A DNA stretch of 64,000 nucleotides from Candidatus Omnitrophota bacterium (GTDB taxonomy: Bacteria; Omnitrophota; Gorgyraeia; Zapsychrales; Fredricksoniimonadaceae), in contig CAIVRE010000009.1 of assembly GCA_903908245.1 (NCBI GenBank), positions 677 to 64,676 on the forward strand. The letters are read 5' to 3'. The position numbers were made by a program, and so were the translations under genes. Position 1 is the stretch's first letter. Each line of letters starts with the position of its first letter. Below are positions 28,278-38,682 of this stretch, piece after piece. Below the pieces are notes generated by a model, which searched no databases, had not been told where the DNA came from, and worked only from the letters and a program-made list of their open reading frames with translations.

Positions 28278-30121
28278 TTGACCCTCCGCTCGATCGCGTC
28301 CAATATATCCTCCAGGTCAAAAAGACTGCGCTGCATATCTGCCACGCTAACCGAAGCCGACGCAAAGCGCGCCCGCTCCGCCAGCTCAAAGAGCTCTTTT
28401 AATAACAAGATCTTGGACTTTTCTACCCCCCGGGCTAAAAGCTCAGCCTCGATCGATGCCAGATCGGCGTTACCCGGAGGGACATTGATCTTGCGTTCCA
28501 GATATTGAGTGAACAATCGGAACAAAAGCGTATAAAAATCTTTTGCGCCATTCTCCCTGATCTGAGCTTTAAGCGCGCTGATCGCCGCCTTGGCTACGCG
28601 AAGTGCCGCGCTCCTGCGCGCGAATCCGGGGTCGTTCAAAAGCTTCCGACGGTAAAGATACACCCCCATCAATACCCCCCAAATATTAAGATACAGGACA
28701 AAAACCGCCAATAATATGCCGTTACGGCCCAACCATCCCTGCTTCTGGGAAAGCTTTCCGGCATGATCCTTGACAAAAACAATATCTTTCCCCAAAGACT
28801 CCTTTAAAAGAGATACCGGCCGTTCTGTAAATCCGACCGCCTGGAATTCCTGGCCTTTATCCATCGGCAGGACTTCAACGGGAAAAGGCCCGCGTGTGAT
28901 GGTGGCATATTGCCCGGTTGATGTATCAAAATAACTGAACGCCACCGCCGGAACCTCTCCCTGCCCTTCATTGACCGGAATGATCACCTGCTCCAGCGTC
29001 TTCTGCCCGTCCGTTTCCTTGATCTGCGGATCATAAACCTTAAAACGCGCGTCCTTGAATGCCGGCATCTTAACGGTCTTCATATCCCCGGTCCCGGCGA
29101 CCGCCATCTTGAGCGTCACCGGATCTCCGGCTTTGACCTTAAGCGGAGCCGCTGAAACATCAAAAGTAAACCGGCCGACAGCTCCCGCAAAATCCGCCGG
29201 TTTCCCCTCCAGGGGCAAAGGCTTGACCTGGAACGTGAAAGGGCGCGACGAGATCGTCACAGGCTTTTTCTGATATGAATTGAAGAATCCGGAAAAAAAG
29301 TCATCCTCAAAAACACTGTTCCCGAAAGGATTACGGCGGACATTGTTCTTGATCATGAGGTTACCCGTTACAACCGCGGGCCCGAGGTTGAGCTCCCCGT
29401 CACGGGTCGGTGTCAAACGCGCGTTGAACTCAACCACTTCAAACGTCTTTCCGTTAACCTGTTCCTGATACTGTTTCGGACGCGCAAATTCGGAAAGGAC
29501 GAACCCCTCCTGCGGTATCTGCGGAAAAGAAATATCCTGGATCGGAAGTTCCCTGACATAAAGTTTGACCGTGATCGGGACTTCCTCATGAACATAACTG
29601 CTCGCAGCCGGCATTAAAAGGACCATCTGCACACGCTCGGCAATAGCCTGGGCATCATTAAGGATACCTGGCGCCGCCCCCTGCGGGTCCGGTGTCCCCC
29701 CCGGAGCTCCGGCAGCCGCCGTGGCCGCAACGACCTCCACAACGATCGGCCGGCTCAAATACGACTGGCCATTGATATTCACCTCGACAGAAGGGATCGT
29801 AAACTTTCCTTCCTTAAGCGGGATCAGCATATAACTGAATGCTTTGACCGTGGAGTACTCCCCGTTAACAACCTTGATCTGGGTCGACGGGCCTACAAAA
29901 CGCGCTTCGAACCCGTCAATGGCCGGCAAGGCGATCTGGCTGACATCCTGCGTCCCGTGCACCGTAAGCGTTAACTGCGCGGCCGATCCCATGGCCACGC
30001 GATCCGCATCAAGCGAGGCATCAAAAGAAATACCCTCGGCAAAGGCAGCGAACGCTGCCGTTGACGTCATGATCACCACAAGGATGAAACACCATATTTT
30101 TTTGTTCCCTGCTATTGCCAT
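28274..30121 (-). CDS. BatD family protein
   Basis: Signal peptide, Ig-like BatD repeats (EGKFTIPS, FAGAVGRF, FSYFD) and a C-terminal TM. Bat operon context. Confidence 0.85.
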   Translation of the reverse strand: MAIAGNKKIWCFILVVIMTSTAAFAAFAEGISFDASLDADRVAMGSAAQLTLTVHGTQDVSQIALPAIDGFEARFVGPSTQIKVVNGEYSTVKAFSYMLIPLKEGKFTIPSVEVNINGQSYLSRPIVVEVVAATAAAGAPGGTPDPQGAAPGILNDAQAIAERVQMVLLMPAASSYVHEEVPITVKLYVRELPIQDISFPQIPQEGFVLSEFARPKQYQEQVNGKTFEVVEFNARLTPTRDGELNLGPAVVTGNLMIKNNVRRNPFGNSVFEDDFFSGFFNSYQKKPVTISSRPFTFQVKPLPLEGKPADFAGAVGRFTFDVSAAPLKVKAGDPVTLKMAVAGTGDMKTVKMPAFKDARFKVYDPQIKETDGQKTLEQVIIPVNEGQGEVPAVAFSYFDTSTGQYATITRGPFPVEVLPMDKGQEFQAVGFTERPVSLLKESLGKDIVFVKDHAGKLSQKQGWLGRNGILLAVFVLYLNIWGVLMGVYLYRRKLLNDPGFARRSAALRVAKAAISALKAQIRENGAKDFYTLLFRLFTQYLERKINVPPGNADLASIEAELLARGVEKSKILLLKELFELAERARFASASVSVADMQRSLFDLEDILDAIERRVK

Positions 30122-30128
30122 AACATTA

Positions 30129-31061
30129 TCACCAATCTTTTGAGACCGGACGCTCCTGACGAGGCTCACGAACAAAATTTAACATCCCCTTTGGCTGCTC
30201 ATTCTGGGCGAAATCATCAAGGAGCATATTCGCCTCGTCTTGAGATAATATATGCCCCTGCTCGGATTGTCCAGAAGAAGCCCCCTGATCGCCGGGTCCG
30301 TTCTTGTCGTCAGCCTTTTGCCCTTCAGGCTTTTTTTGTTCATCCCCGGGCTTTTGTCCTTCAGGCTTCTTTTCTTCCGCCTTCTTGTTTTCTTCGGCTT
30401 TCGACTCTTCAGCCTTTTGTTCTTCCTGAGACTTGGCCTGTTGCTGTTGGCCTTGCTGACCTTGATCCTTCTGCTGCTGGCTTTGATCCTTTTGCTGCTG
30501 ACTTTGATCCTTCTGTGACTGATCCTGATCTCTTTGCTGCTGGCTTTGCTTGTTATTTTCCTTCTGCTCCTGCTGCTTTTTCTTCAACCGTTCCAACTCG
30601 GCGGCCACGAATACACGATTCTCCTTTGCATCATCATGTTTCCCTTCCGCCGACGCCAGGATCTTGTCGTAATGAACAAGACTTTCCTCAACATTCTTGA
30701 TAGCGCCCTTGATATCTTTCTCTTCCTTGTCCACTCCCGCCTTATACAAAGCATTTGCCAAATTATATTGAACATCATCCTGCAGCTTCTTGTCGTCAGC
30801 CAATAAGGCTTTGTTAAGAAACCCGACGGCATCCATATATTTGCCTGTTTTATACGCAGCCGCGCCAAGGTCATAATCGATCCTGGGGTCATTGGGCGAT
30901 CTGGACGCCGCGGCTTCATAATGATCGGCGGCTTCATTGAATTTCCCCTTGAAATACGCCTCGTTCCCCCGGGCGACCTCACCGGCACCGGGAACAGCCA
31001 AAGCCGGGCCCTGCATGTAGAAAAATGCCGCAACAAGTAAACAAAGAATTCGTTCAGTCAT
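30129..31061 (-). CDS. BatC-like TPR protein with Q/K/E-rich linker
   Basis: TPR motifs (YDLGAAAYK, YNLANALYK), low-complexity QQQKDQ linker and C-terminal KDW. Confidence 0.85.
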   Translation of the reverse strand: MTERILCLLVAAFFYMQGPALAVPGAGEVARGNEAYFKGKFNEAADHYEAAASRSPNDPRIDYDLGAAAYKTGKYMDAVGFLNKALLADDKKLQDDVQYNLANALYKAGVDKEEKDIKGAIKNVEESLVHYDKILASAEGKHDDAKENRVFVAAELERLKKKQQEQKENNKQSQQQRDQDQSQKDQSQQQKDQSQQQKDQGQQGQQQQAKSQEEQKAEESKAEENKKAEEKKPEGQKPGDEQKKPEGQKADDKNGPGDQGASSGQSEQGHILSQDEANMLLDDFAQNEQPKGMLNFVREPRQERPVSKDW

Positions 31062-32061
31062 ATTTTCTTCTCAGGGACAATGCCGTTTCAGCCAGAAGGA
31101 AGAACAACGCCAACATCAACGGAAGCTCGAAATGCTCGTTATATTTCTTTTCAACCCGACTTTCAATACTTCTTTTCTCAAGACGGGACAATTGGGATTC
31201 ATAAAGATAATCCAGCCCGAACTCCACCCCGCTGGAACGCACATACGCTCCCCCCGCCGCGGCCGCGATCTCTTTTAACATCGGCTCGTTGAGCCTGGAC
31301 TTGATAAAATTCCCTTCGGCATCCTTGATGAACTCGAGCTCTCCCTTGTCATTGAGCACACGCACCAGCTCGCCTTCCCTGGTCCCGATCCCGATCGTAA
31401 AGATACGGATCTTCTTTTGGGCAGCCACCCGGGCCCACTCCACCGGGTCCCCTTCCCAATTCTCCCCGTCCGTGAGGATGACCAGCACCTTATACTGAGA
31501 AGGCACGTCCTCATACCCCTTTAAAGCCTCCTGAATGGCCTGGCCGATATCTGTGCCGCCCCGCGGGATCGATGCCGTATTAAGGTCCTCAAGGCTCAGC
31601 AAAAAACCGCTGTAATCCGTTGTCAGCGGACAAGTCAGGAAAGCACTGCCGGAAAAAGCAATAAGCCCGACCCGGTCGCCTTTCAGTTTCTTCAGAAGGT
31701 CTTTGACCGCAAGCTTGGTCCGTTCCAGCCGGTTGGGTTTCACATCTTCCGTGAGCATGCTCTTGGATGTGTCGATCGCCAGGAAGATATCCAATCCTTC
31801 CCGCTTAACATCCTGCCATTCGAAACCCCACTGGGGACGGGCCAGCGTGACAACAGAACAGACCAGGACCGCACCGATCAAAAGATCTTTCCAGATATAA
31901 CGCTTCCGGGAAGAACTTGCCGCGATCTCCGGCATCAATTGCTTGTCGACAAAACGATAGATCCGCCGGCGCCTTCCTTTAGCCAAATAATAAAGGACAA
32001 CAGCGAACAGGAGAACAAGAATAAACGCGTTGAACATCCACGGTCTGGCGAACATAGTCAA
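31054..32061 (-). CDS. BatB-like vWA domain protein
   Basis: LARPQWG, MIDAS DTSKSM, PNRLER and LTDGE motifs. Confidence 0.88.
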   Translation of the reverse strand: MTMFARPWMFNAFILVLLFAVVLYYLAKGRRRRIYRFVDKQLMPEIAASSSRKRYIWKDLLIGAVLVCSVVTLARPQWGFEWQDVKREGLDIFLAIDTSKSMLTEDVKPNRLERTKLAVKDLLKKLKGDRVGLIAFSGSAFLTCPLTTDYSGFLLSLEDLNTASIPRGGTDIGQAIQEALKGYEDVPSQYKVLVILTDGENWEGDPVEWARVAAQKKIRIFTIGIGTREGELVRVLNDKGELEFIKDAEGNFIKSRLNEPMLKEIAAAAGGAYVRSSGVEFGLDYLYESQLSRLEKRSIESRVEKKYNEHFELPLMLALFFLLAETALSLRRKYD

Positions 32062-33053
32062 GGGATCCTCAAAAAAACCGTCCGGCTCAATAATACCTCG
32101 ATGATCAGCAGGATCAACGCCGCGATCAAAACAATATCAAAATGCTCTTCATACTGACGAAAACCGGCCTGCTCGAACTTGACCTTCTCCATGGCATCGA
32201 TCTGGTCGTAAACAGCCTTTAACGAGGGCGTATCCGTGGCGCGGAAATAAGCCCCTCCGGTAAGCCGCGCGATCTCCTTGAGGATATCCTCATCAATGTC
32301 GATCTGCACATTCTGATATACCGTTCGCCCGAACATGTCCACCGCCGGATACGGGACCGGCCCGCGGCTGCCGGCACCGATCGTATAGATCCGCACTCCC
32401 TTGGCCTGCGCAGCCTTGGCCGCGGTCAGAGGGTCGATCTTGCCGGCATTATTAATGCCGTCGGTAAGAAGCAATATCACCTTGGCCTTGCCTGGAACAT
32501 CCCGCACCCGGTTGACCGCGGAGGCAATGGCCGATCCGATGGCCGTTCCGTCTTCCATCAGGCCGAATTTAACCCTGTCGAGATTGCTTTTTAACCAGGA
32601 ATAATCGGCCGTAAGAGGCGACACCGTATACGGCCGCGCCGCGAATGCCACGAGCCCTATACGGTCACCGCTGCGCTTGCCGATAAATTCACGAATAACA
32701 TTCTTGACCACATCCAGGCGGCTCGCTCTTTTATTGTTAAGGGTAAAATCCTCCGCGGCCATGCTAGTCGACACATCCATCGCCAGGACGATATTGATCC
32801 CTTCCGACTGATGCTGCGTCTCCCCCAACGGGCTGCGCGGGCCGGCCAGCGCGACCATGAAAAGCAGGATCGTCAACAGCCTCAATATCAACGGGACCCT
32901 CAACAAACGGACCCGCCAGGATGTTTTAAGCCCTTCCACCAGAGTGCCGGAAGAAAAACGGAATGACGGCGGCCTCAGCCTCCAGGTATAAATAACAACA
33001 GCAAAAAGCACGGCAGGAATGAAATAAAGGACCCAGGGGGACTTGAAGATCAT
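32058..33053 (-). CDS. BatA-like vWA domain protein
   Basis: DVSTSM MIDAS, DGTAIGSA, LLTDGINNAG and GGAYFRA motifs. Confidence 0.88.
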   Translation of the reverse strand: MIFKSPWVLYFIPAVLFAVVIYTWRLRPPSFRFSSGTLVEGLKTSWRVRLLRVPLILRLLTILLFMVALAGPRSPLGETQHQSEGINIVLAMDVSTSMAAEDFTLNNKRASRLDVVKNVIREFIGKRSGDRIGLVAFAARPYTVSPLTADYSWLKSNLDRVKFGLMEDGTAIGSAIASAVNRVRDVPGKAKVILLLTDGINNAGKIDPLTAAKAAQAKGVRIYTIGAGSRGPVPYPAVDMFGRTVYQNVQIDIDEDILKEIARLTGGAYFRATDTPSLKAVYDQIDAMEKVKFEQAGFRQYEEHFDIVLIAALILLIIEVLLSRTVFLRIP

Positions 33054-33583
33054 GCGGCACCTCTGTCCGGATCGGCCGGAACGATCACGCGGGAGCCTTC
33101 CACAAAACGACGCGCCGACGTCAAAGCTTCCGCCCTATCGAAAGCAGAAGGCTCATGGCGGGCGAACTTGACCATATCGCTAATATTCAGGAACTGGCCC
33201 AGGAATTCCTGCTGCACATCGGAAAGGTCCGGAGCGATCCGCACCCGCTCCATAAACTCTTCTGTTGTCATTTCCGGAGCGCGGATGTTAAAGCGCTCCT
33301 CGATATAAAGACGAATGATACCCGAAAGGCAGAAATAAAAATGCTTTACAGCCGCCTCTCCCTCGGGACGCGTTTGTTCCAGCCGGGCAAGTTCGGCCAG
33401 CGCTTTCTCCCATGGCGGAACAGGGATGGCAACAGGCTCCCTGGGTTGGAAATACCGCAGAACAGAACGAAAACCCCAGACGGCCAGAAGGACCAACACA
33501 AATCCCGCCAGCAACCACAACCACCACCAATCCCCGGGCAATGCCACCGGGGCGTGAATATCCCTCAAGCTCTGCGGCGTCAT
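33050..33583 (-). CDS. Bat-cluster single-TM protein (DUF4381-like)
   Basis: LRDIH..V..P, a TM helix, EMTTEEF and DMVKFA motifs. Confidence 0.75.
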   Translation of the reverse strand: MTPQSLRDIHAPVALPGDWWWLWLLAGFVLVLLAVWGFRSVLRYFQPREPVAIPVPPWEKALAELARLEQTRPEGEAAVKHFYFCLSGIIRLYIEERFNIRAPEMTTEEFMERVRIAPDLSDVQQEFLGQFLNISDMVKFARHEPSAFDRAEALTSARRFVEGSRVIVPADPDRGAA

Positions 33584-34497
33584 CTGGCCCTCTTTCTTCT
33601 CATGGCAAAGAACCGCACCAGGTGATCGGCGAACGACCCCTGGGTTGAAACATCAATATGATCCATATTCAATGACCGGAACAACCTCGAACGCTGTTCC
33701 ACCCTCATCAGCGCCCGGCCCGCGTACTCGTCACGCACGGCGACATAAGAACTGTCCACCGTATAGGCCCGCCCGGTCTCGGCATCCTCCAATTCAACAA
33801 GCCCGCAGTCGGGCAGGTCCATCTCCCGCGGGTCATTAAGGGTCACCGCAATAACATCGTGCCGCTTGTTGGCGACCCTAAGCGCCTTGATAAAACGCGG
33901 AGCCGCATTGCCCGGCATAACAGAATGATCCGCCTCAGGCTCAAAAAAGTCGGAGATAATAAAAGTCACCGCCTTGCGGGTCGTAACACGGGTCATAAAT
34001 TGCATGGCGGCCGCAATATCTGTGCCGCGGCCTGAAGGCTCAAAACAAAGGATCTCACGGATGATCCGAAGGACATGACTGCGGCCTTTGCGTGGCGGAA
34101 TGAATTTCTCCACCTCACCCGTAAAAAAGATCAGCCCGATCTTGTCATTATTGCGGATGGCCGAGAATGCGAGTACCGCCGCCACTTCCGCGGCCAGGCG
34201 GCTCTTGAGCTGACGGACGCTGGCAAAACGGCAGGAACGCGACGCATCCACCAGGATCATCACAGTCATTTCCCGTTCTTCAACGAACTTCTTGATATGA
34301 GGAACTCCAGTGCGGGCGGTGACGTTCCAGTCGATAGAACGCACATCATCCCCAGGCTGATACTCACGGACCTCGTCAAATTCGATCCCGCGCCCTTTAA
34401 ACACGCTCTGGTACTGGCCGGCAAAAACATCCGTGACCAGGCGTTTCGTGGTGATCTCGATCCGGCGTACATTCTCTATAATATCTTTCGGCAGCAT
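33580..34497 (-). CDS. DUF58 domain protein
   Basis: KGRGIEFDEVREYQPGDDVRSIDWNVTAR motif. Start moved to the ATG at 34497. Confidence 0.92.
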   Translation of the reverse strand: MLPKDIIENVRRIEITTKRLVTDVFAGQYQSVFKGRGIEFDEVREYQPGDDVRSIDWNVTARTGVPHIKKFVEEREMTVMILVDASRSCRFASVRQLKSRLAAEVAAVLAFSAIRNNDKIGLIFFTGEVEKFIPPRKGRSHVLRIIREILCFEPSGRGTDIAAAMQFMTRVTTRKAVTFIISDFFEPEADHSVMPGNAAPRFIKALRVANKRHDVIAVTLNDPREMDLPDCGLVELEDAETGRAYTVDSSYVAVRDEYAGRALMRVEQRSRLFRSLNMDHIDVSTQGSFADHLVRFFAMRRKRAR

Positions 34498-34525
34498 CAC
34501 GATCCTCCCGACAGCCCCTGATCGG

Positions 34526-35518
34526 TCACGGGACCTGAACTTCCTCAAAAATACGCGCGACAAGATCCTCGGAAGACTTGTTCTCCGCTTCCGCCTCGTA
34601 CGTAGGAATAACACGATGCCGGAGGACATCCATCCCGATCGACTTCACATCCTGCGGGGTCACATAGCCGCGCCCGTTAAGGAACGCGAATGCCTTGGAT
34701 GCCAGCGTCAGGCTGATCGTCGCGCGCGGAGAAGCCCCGTATTGGATCAGCGGCTTAAGGTCCGTCAGGCGATACTTCTCGGGCGTCCGGGTCGCCGAAA
34801 CAATATCCACGATATATTGCTCGATCTTCTCATCCATATATACCTGGTCAACGATCTTGCGGGCATTAAGGATATCTTCCGGCGACACGACACGATTGAC
34901 CACGGCCGATCTCTGGGTTGTTGCCATGCGCTTGAGGATCAGAAGCTCTTCCTCTTTCGTCGGATAGGTGACCTTGACCTTCAGCATAAAACGGTCGACC
35001 TGCGCCTCGGGCAAAGGATAAGTGCCTTCCTGCTCAATAGGATTCTGGGTCGCCATGACCAGAAAAGGCGCGTCAAGCTTCAGGGTCGTCTCGCCGATCG
35101 TTACCTGCCGTTCCTGCATCGCTTCCAAAAGAGCGCTTTGAACCTTGGCCGGAGCGCGATTGATCTCGTCGGCCAGGATAATATTGGAAAATACAGGCCC
35201 TTTCTTTACAGAGAACGAGCGCGTATTCTGGTCGTAAATAAGCGTCCCGATCAGGTCCGCGGGCAGCATATCCGGCGTGAACTGTATCCGCTGAAACCGG
35301 CACTGAAGGGTATCGGCCAGGGTTTTAACCGCCGTGGTCTTGGCCAGTCCAGGCACACCTTCCACCAGCACATGACCGTCAGCAAGTAATCCCACGATCA
35401 GCCGTTCCAGTAAATATTTCTGCCCGACGATCACTTTCTGGGCTTCCAGCATCAGGGCTGAAACAAACCCGCTCTCTTTTTTGACCAGCTCATTGATCAT
35501 TGCTATGCCGACACTCAT
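34526..35518 (-). CDS. moxR: MoxR family AAA+ ATPase
   Basis: GVPGLAKT, RIQFTPD, DEINRAPAKVQSALLEAM and ATQNPIEQEGTYPLPEAQ motifs. Confidence 0.95.
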   Translation of the reverse strand: MSVGIAMINELVKKESGFVSALMLEAQKVIVGQKYLLERLIVGLLADGHVLVEGVPGLAKTTAVKTLADTLQCRFQRIQFTPDMLPADLIGTLIYDQNTRSFSVKKGPVFSNIILADEINRAPAKVQSALLEAMQERQVTIGETTLKLDAPFLVMATQNPIEQEGTYPLPEAQVDRFMLKVKVTYPTKEEELLILKRMATTQRSAVVNRVVSPEDILNARKIVDQVYMDEKIEQYIVDIVSATRTPEKYRLTDLKPLIQYGASPRATISLTLASKAFAFLNGRGYVTPQDVKSIGMDVLRHRVIPTYEAEAENKSSEDLVARIFEEVQVP

Positions 35519-35541
35519 AGGATCCTCCCTTGTTGTACCCG

Positions 35542-36729
35542 CTAGATCTCTCCCTGCTCAAACAATGCTTCAAGCGCCCGAGCCACTTTCGGATCGAACC
35601 ATACACCTGAATAGTCGCGGATCTCGGCGATCGCGTGTTCCTTGCCAAACCCGTCGCGATAGGGCCGGTCGGTGGTCATGGCATCGTAGGCATCAGCCAC
35701 CGCAATGATCGCCGCGATGACCGGGATATCCTCACCCTTCAGGCCATCGGGATAACCACTGCCGTCGTAATGTTCATGATGATGCTTCACCCCCGCCACG
35801 CAGCCGTCAAAATCGCGGATATTCGCCAGGATCTCCGCACCCCTCAGGGGATGCGCGCGTATCACCTGGAACTCTTCGACCGTAAGCCGGTCGCGCTTGA
35901 GCAGGATCGCTTCAGGCACCGCGATCTTCCCGATATCATGCAAAAGGCTGGAAATATAAAGGTTCTCAAAGAACTTCGGCGGAGCAAGAACAAGCTCCAT
36001 ATCCACCATCTTGCGCGCAATGGCCACCGCGTATTTTGTCACACGTTCCGTATGCCCATGCGTGTACGAATCCTTGGCTTCGATCGCCGACCCCAAAGCC
36101 ACCGTCGTCTGAATGAATAAATTCCGCGAACGATCCGCTTCTTTCTTCAGGTCCTCGAACAAAAGGGCATTACGGATAGCCATCGCCACATCGGAGGCAA
36201 GAGCAGCAAAGAAATCCAGCTCTTCCTGCTCCATCTTCGTGCCATCTTTCTTCTCTCCCAACAAGAGGACCGCGAGCAACTGATGCCGATAGAACGCGGG
36301 GACACATGCCACACTATTAAGCATCGGCATGTGTTCGCTCACCTGATGCAAAAGGTCCCTCGTTCCATTAACCCCTTCAATAACGCTCTCCCGCCAAAGA
36401 AGCCGGTTAATATCATCCGCCACAAGCGCATTGCGGTTGGTGATCAAGTACTTGTATTCTTTCTGAAAGAAAACCTTGATCAGGGGGTGCTCACGGTCGA
36501 AACGGATAAAATTCTCCGGGATACGCTCGCCGGCCACCCCTCGGGAAACACTAAGCACATAGCTGTCCAGCGCAGGCTCATAAAGGATCATCCCGGCATG
36601 GGTCAGATCCGCCTTTCGAACAAGCATCCGCACCATCAGCTTGATCAGAAGGACATGATCATGGATCATGATCATCCCTTTACTGGCAGCTTCAAGCTCT
36701 TTCTTATAGTCGATCCTGGTGGCTATCAT
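35542..36729 (-). CDS. GAF plus HD-GYP cyclic-dinucleotide phosphodiesterase
   Basis: GHTERV, LHDIGK, HHEHYDGSGYPDGL and DAMTTDRPYR motifs, with an N-terminal GAF-like region. Confidence 0.9.
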   Translation of the reverse strand: MIATRIDYKKELEAASKGMIMIHDHVLLIKLMVRMLVRKADLTHAGMILYEPALDSYVLSVSRGVAGERIPENFIRFDREHPLIKVFFQKEYKYLITNRNALVADDINRLLWRESVIEGVNGTRDLLHQVSEHMPMLNSVACVPAFYRHQLLAVLLLGEKKDGTKMEQEELDFFAALASDVAMAIRNALLFEDLKKEADRSRNLFIQTTVALGSAIEAKDSYTHGHTERVTKYAVAIARKMVDMELVLAPPKFFENLYISSLLHDIGKIAVPEAILLKRDRLTVEEFQVIRAHPLRGAEILANIRDFDGCVAGVKHHHEHYDGSGYPDGLKGEDIPVIAAIIAVADAYDAMTTDRPYRDGFGKEHAIAEIRDYSGVWFDPKVARALEALFEQGEI

Positions 36730-36735
36730 GATCTG

Positions 36736-37092
36736 TCAGGCAATATAGGAAAGGACAACACTCTTAAGCTCCTCCAATACCAAAGGCTTGTGAATAAAGC
36801 CGATACTCCCAAGGCTTTCCGCCTCCTGCGACGCCCCCTTATCTTCAGTCCCGGAAACCATCACAACCTTGACCGTTATATTCCGTCGGCGCAATTCCCG
36901 CAGCACTTCGATCCCGCTCATCCCCTCCATCCGCACATCAAGAAGGACAAGGTCAAAAACATCCTGCTCGATAAGACGGATCGCCTCCTTGCCGTCGGCA
37001 GCGGTCAAGGCATCAACCCCCCGTTTCCTGAAAAAGCTCCGCGAGAACTCACGCACATCAAGCTCATCATCAACAACCAGTATTTTCGGCAT
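36736..37092 (-). CDS. Single-domain response regulator (CheY-like)
   Basis: ILVVDDE, LLDVRM and KP motifs. Confidence 0.92.
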   Translation of the reverse strand: MPKILVVDDELDVREFSRSFFRKRGVDALTAADGKEAIRLIEQDVFDLVLLDVRMEGMSGIEVLRELRRRNITVKVVMVSGTEDKGASQEAESLGSIGFIHKPLVLEELKSVVLSYIA

Positions 37093-37181
37093 AAAGACCT
37101 TGGCGAGACCTCAATAATTCACAAAGAAGATAACTATAATTATAAACATCCGTACATTATTTCAATAAAAAAAACATATAA

Positions 37182-38681
37182 CTATCCGGCATTCCCGGCC
37201 GCGGAAAGCGTTAACGACATCCTTGTCCCGGACATATAAGCCGAATCGACCTCAATACGGCCGCCATGATCTTCCTCCACGATCTTGCGGATAACATAAA
37301 GCCCGAGCCCGGTGCCTTTGCGGGCCGTCGGCTTGGTCGTAAAGAACGGCGTAAAAAGCTTTGGCCTGTCCTGATCCCTCACTCCAATACCGTTATCGGC
37401 AAAAATGATCCGCACCTTGTCATTGAACGGCTCAACGCTCACCGCAAGCTCCGGCCGGTATTGCGATCCACCGCCGGAAGCCTGGCGCAGGGCCATCGCA
37501 TCACTGGCATTATCGATCAAATTAAAGAACACTTCCTGAAGCCGGGCATAATTCCCTGTCACCTGCGGAATACGCAAAGGATCATATCGTCTGACAATGT
37601 TCATCTGTTCGGTCTTGATCTTGAACTGCGCCATTTCGCAGGCGGAATCCAGGATCTTGTCAATGTCGCACGCAGAATACCCTTCATCGCCTTTACGGGA
37701 ATATTTCATCAGGCCCTGGACGATCGCACCGCCACGGGCTACATTGTCCTGAAGCCGGGACAGGGAATGCTCAAACTCCTGCTCGATATCCCTTAACTCC
37801 GGCGAATTGAACAATTCCCGCTTGAGCGCAAGCGTGTCCTTCATCCCGCCGGCAATAAACCCCATCGCATGCAACCGGTTGTTGATCTGGTGTGAAAGCC
37901 CGTCCGCCATTACGCCGATCGTCGCCATTTTCTCGGCATTAAATAACTGCTCCTGCGACTTTTTCATGTCCTCATAAAAAAGCGCATTCTCAATGGCTGT
38001 TGCCGACTGGTTCGCCACCACCGTGAACATCGAGAGGTCATCAGCGCTAAAAGACTTGCCCGATACTTTTGGGCCAAGGACCAGAAAACCCACCAGCCTG
38101 GTCTCGATCATGCTGGGGACCCCCAGAACCCCATGAAATGCCGCAAGCTCCTTACAGATCGCCGATGAAACCCTTAAATCCGTCGCTGGATTTCCGGGTT
38201 CTGCTTTATCAAACAACACCGGCCTTTTGGTCCGTATCAATTCCCGGACAAGATCCGAATCAGCCGGTATCGCCTCAGGAAAAGAAACCCGGACTCTCCT
38301 CGATACGGCAGCCCCCAACCTGTACTCCTGACCATCCTTATCCAGGATATAAACAACACTGTGTTCCACCCGGACTACGCGGATAACGATCCGGGAAATA
38401 AGCTTCAAAAGCTTGCCGATATCCCTGACCCGGCCCATACCAGCCGAAGCCTGGATCAATGCCGCCTGATAACGCCGGCGTTCCCGGAAAAACCGGTCTG
38501 CCGCCTTCTTCTGCAAGAAAAGATACGCGAACGGCCCGACAGTCGCCAAAAAAGCCATGGCGATCAAAGGGAAAAAACGTTCCTGCGGATACCTAAGGGC
38601 AATAAAGAACGGAAGCCCAAAGACCAAAGAATAAACCGCGATCAAAGCGCCAAAATGGCTGATCAACAAACGAATGCCCAT
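37182..38681 (-). CDS. Membrane-anchored GAF sensor histidine kinase
   Basis: Two TM helices, GAF, H-box SHQINN, N-box NLIDNA, DNGIG, FFTTK and GTGLGL. Confidence 0.9.
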   Translation of the reverse strand: MGIRLLISHFGALIAVYSLVFGLPFFIALRYPQERFFPLIAMAFLATVGPFAYLFLQKKAADRFFRERRRYQAALIQASAGMGRVRDIGKLLKLISRIVIRVVRVEHSVVYILDKDGQEYRLGAAVSRRVRVSFPEAIPADSDLVRELIRTKRPVLFDKAEPGNPATDLRVSSAICKELAAFHGVLGVPSMIETRLVGFLVLGPKVSGKSFSADDLSMFTVVANQSATAIENALFYEDMKKSQEQLFNAEKMATIGVMADGLSHQINNRLHAMGFIAGGMKDTLALKRELFNSPELRDIEQEFEHSLSRLQDNVARGGAIVQGLMKYSRKGDEGYSACDIDKILDSACEMAQFKIKTEQMNIVRRYDPLRIPQVTGNYARLQEVFFNLIDNASDAMALRQASGGGSQYRPELAVSVEPFNDKVRIIFADNGIGVRDQDRPKLFTPFFTTKPTARKGTGLGLYVIRKIVEEDHGGRIEVDSAYMSGTRMSLTLSAAGNAG

Positions 38682-38682
38682 A

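Noticed and set aside
30440-30585. Short tandem repeats (CTTTGATCCTT-TGCTGCTG-like)
   Set aside because: They encode the QQQKDQ low-complexity linker normal for BatC-like proteins. There are no unique spacers, so this is not a CRISPR array.
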